Source: Camelus ferus
Taxonomy: Eukaryota
Length of the DNA: 64,000 nucleotides
NCBI RefSeq assembly: GCF_009834535.1
Contig: NC_045696.1
Location: forward strand, 100,938,001 to 101,002,000
Direction: 5' to 3'
A program made the translations under genes and the position numbers. Within the stretch, counting starts at the first letter, position 1, and every line of letters begins with the position of its first letter. A model generated the notes under the pieces. The model was not told the origin of the DNA. It saw nothing but the letters and a program-made list of their open reading frames with translations, and did no database searches. Below are positions 62,845 through 64,000 of this stretch, piece by piece.

Positions 62845-63540
62845 TCAGAGTAAATATGATGGTTAAGAACCTGGACCCTGGAACCGGTCTGAATCCTGGC
62901 TCCACCAGTTAGAACCTGCATTAACTTAGCAAACTGTATAGCCTCTCTCTACCATTCATTATCTGTAAAGTAACACAAGGATGCTGTGAGAAGCAATGAG
63001 TTAAAACATTTGAATCAGTGATGGCAGTTCCTGGCAGAAAGCAAAAGCTCTAGAAATATCAGCTATTATTATTATAAATGTTTAAATATAATTTTTAAAA
63101 GTCTTATGTAAGGCAAGGTAGTAAAGTATCAGCATAAGTCTGGAGTGAGATTGTGCTAGATTTGAATTCTGGCTCTGCCATGTATTAGTGGGGTGATTTT
63201 TGCCAATTTAAGCATGCATCCTCACTTATAGAGGGGAAATAATCCTACTTACTTCTTAATTTTTTGTGAGGTTTAAGCACAACACATACACACAGACACA
63301 AGACAGAATTTGAAATTGAGCAGAATCTTGATAAATGAAAGATATTAGGATCATTATGAACTTCAGTCAGCTCACTGTTTCAATTGTTACAGAATGAATG
63401 AATGATTATCTCTGTAAAGTAAGACAAAAACCAAGTTTCATGCGAAATAAACTTTACTGGAAGTTGAAATTCTTACCAGATTTGCAAGGATATAAAATTT
63501 TGGACTCAAACCCAGTAATTTCCAAATACTTTGCTCTCCT
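62845..63540. mobile_element. Cluster of three MIR SINEs (two +, one -)
   Basis: ATGGTTAAGAACCTGGACCCTGGAACC...TGAATCCTGGCTCCACCA (~62860); TTTGAATTCTGGCTCTGCCA (~63160); GGACTCAAACCCAG in reverse orientation (~63500). Confidence 0.75.
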
Positions 63541-64000
63541 TTCAAGAAAGAAGAAAGGCAAATCTGATGATGGCAGCTCAGAATATATTTGTATATATTT
63601 GATGACAATCAAAGATAATTACATTTCAAAATGTCCAAACAGAAGATTTAAAGAAATAACTGTAGGAGATTTCTTATTATAATGTAGGAATATCTCCTCA
63701 AACTTATCTAAAACCTTTGGATTTAAATTTTTTTCCATTGTAATATTCAAAAGCTAAAAATAAGTAAATAACGCACAAAGGAGGGCTTTTAATTGCATTG
63801 CTTTGACTTTAATAACTTGAAGTACAGCATTTAATAACCCCAAGCACTAGAGGAGTCTATTAAAATGTCAATGAAATGCCTATTAAAAGAGAGATAAACA
63901 AAGCACAGATACCATACCGTGTGTAGCCTGATCCTGGTAAGTGGCAATAAAATTTAACTGGGTACATTTATATTGAATTTTATCTAAAAATCTCAGTGAC

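Noticed and set aside
1..64000. Prokaryote-type systems (operons, CRISPR arrays, defence islands) or an intact retroelement
   Set aside because: The sequence is mammalian non-coding DNA with no long ORFs, no regular repeat-spacer arrays and no paired LTRs flanking gag/pol.

Overview
AT-rich, CpG-depleted mammalian genomic DNA, very probably from a camelid (camel, alpaca or llama), because it carries a Vic-1-type tRNA-derived SINE at 15062-15234 and short young L1 3' tails. I find no recognisable protein-coding exon, RNA gene or CpG island. The listed ORFs are short random frames or decayed L1/Tigger fragments, so this is most likely intergenic DNA or the interior of a large intron. The window is dominated by transposon fossils: L1M/L1MC/L1ME, L2, L3/CR1, MIR, MaLR (MLT1), ERVL and ERV1 solo LTRs, Tigger1, MER3 and MER5. 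Several are nested and still show target-site duplications (TSDs). The most noteworthy items are an ancient-looking palindromic element with a GCGAAGC-type loop (~26.7 kb), a solo ERV1 LTR with TATA box, cap-site hairpin and poly(A) signal intact, a three-layer nested insertion with an adjacent Tigger1 (29.7-32.6 kb), an L1MC that appears to keep both ends but lacks its middle, and several repeat-free, motif-rich blocks that may be enhancers or promoters. Repeat family names come from recalled consensus sequences, not from a search, and boundaries without TSDs are approximate. I see no convincing evidence of a wholly new biological system.
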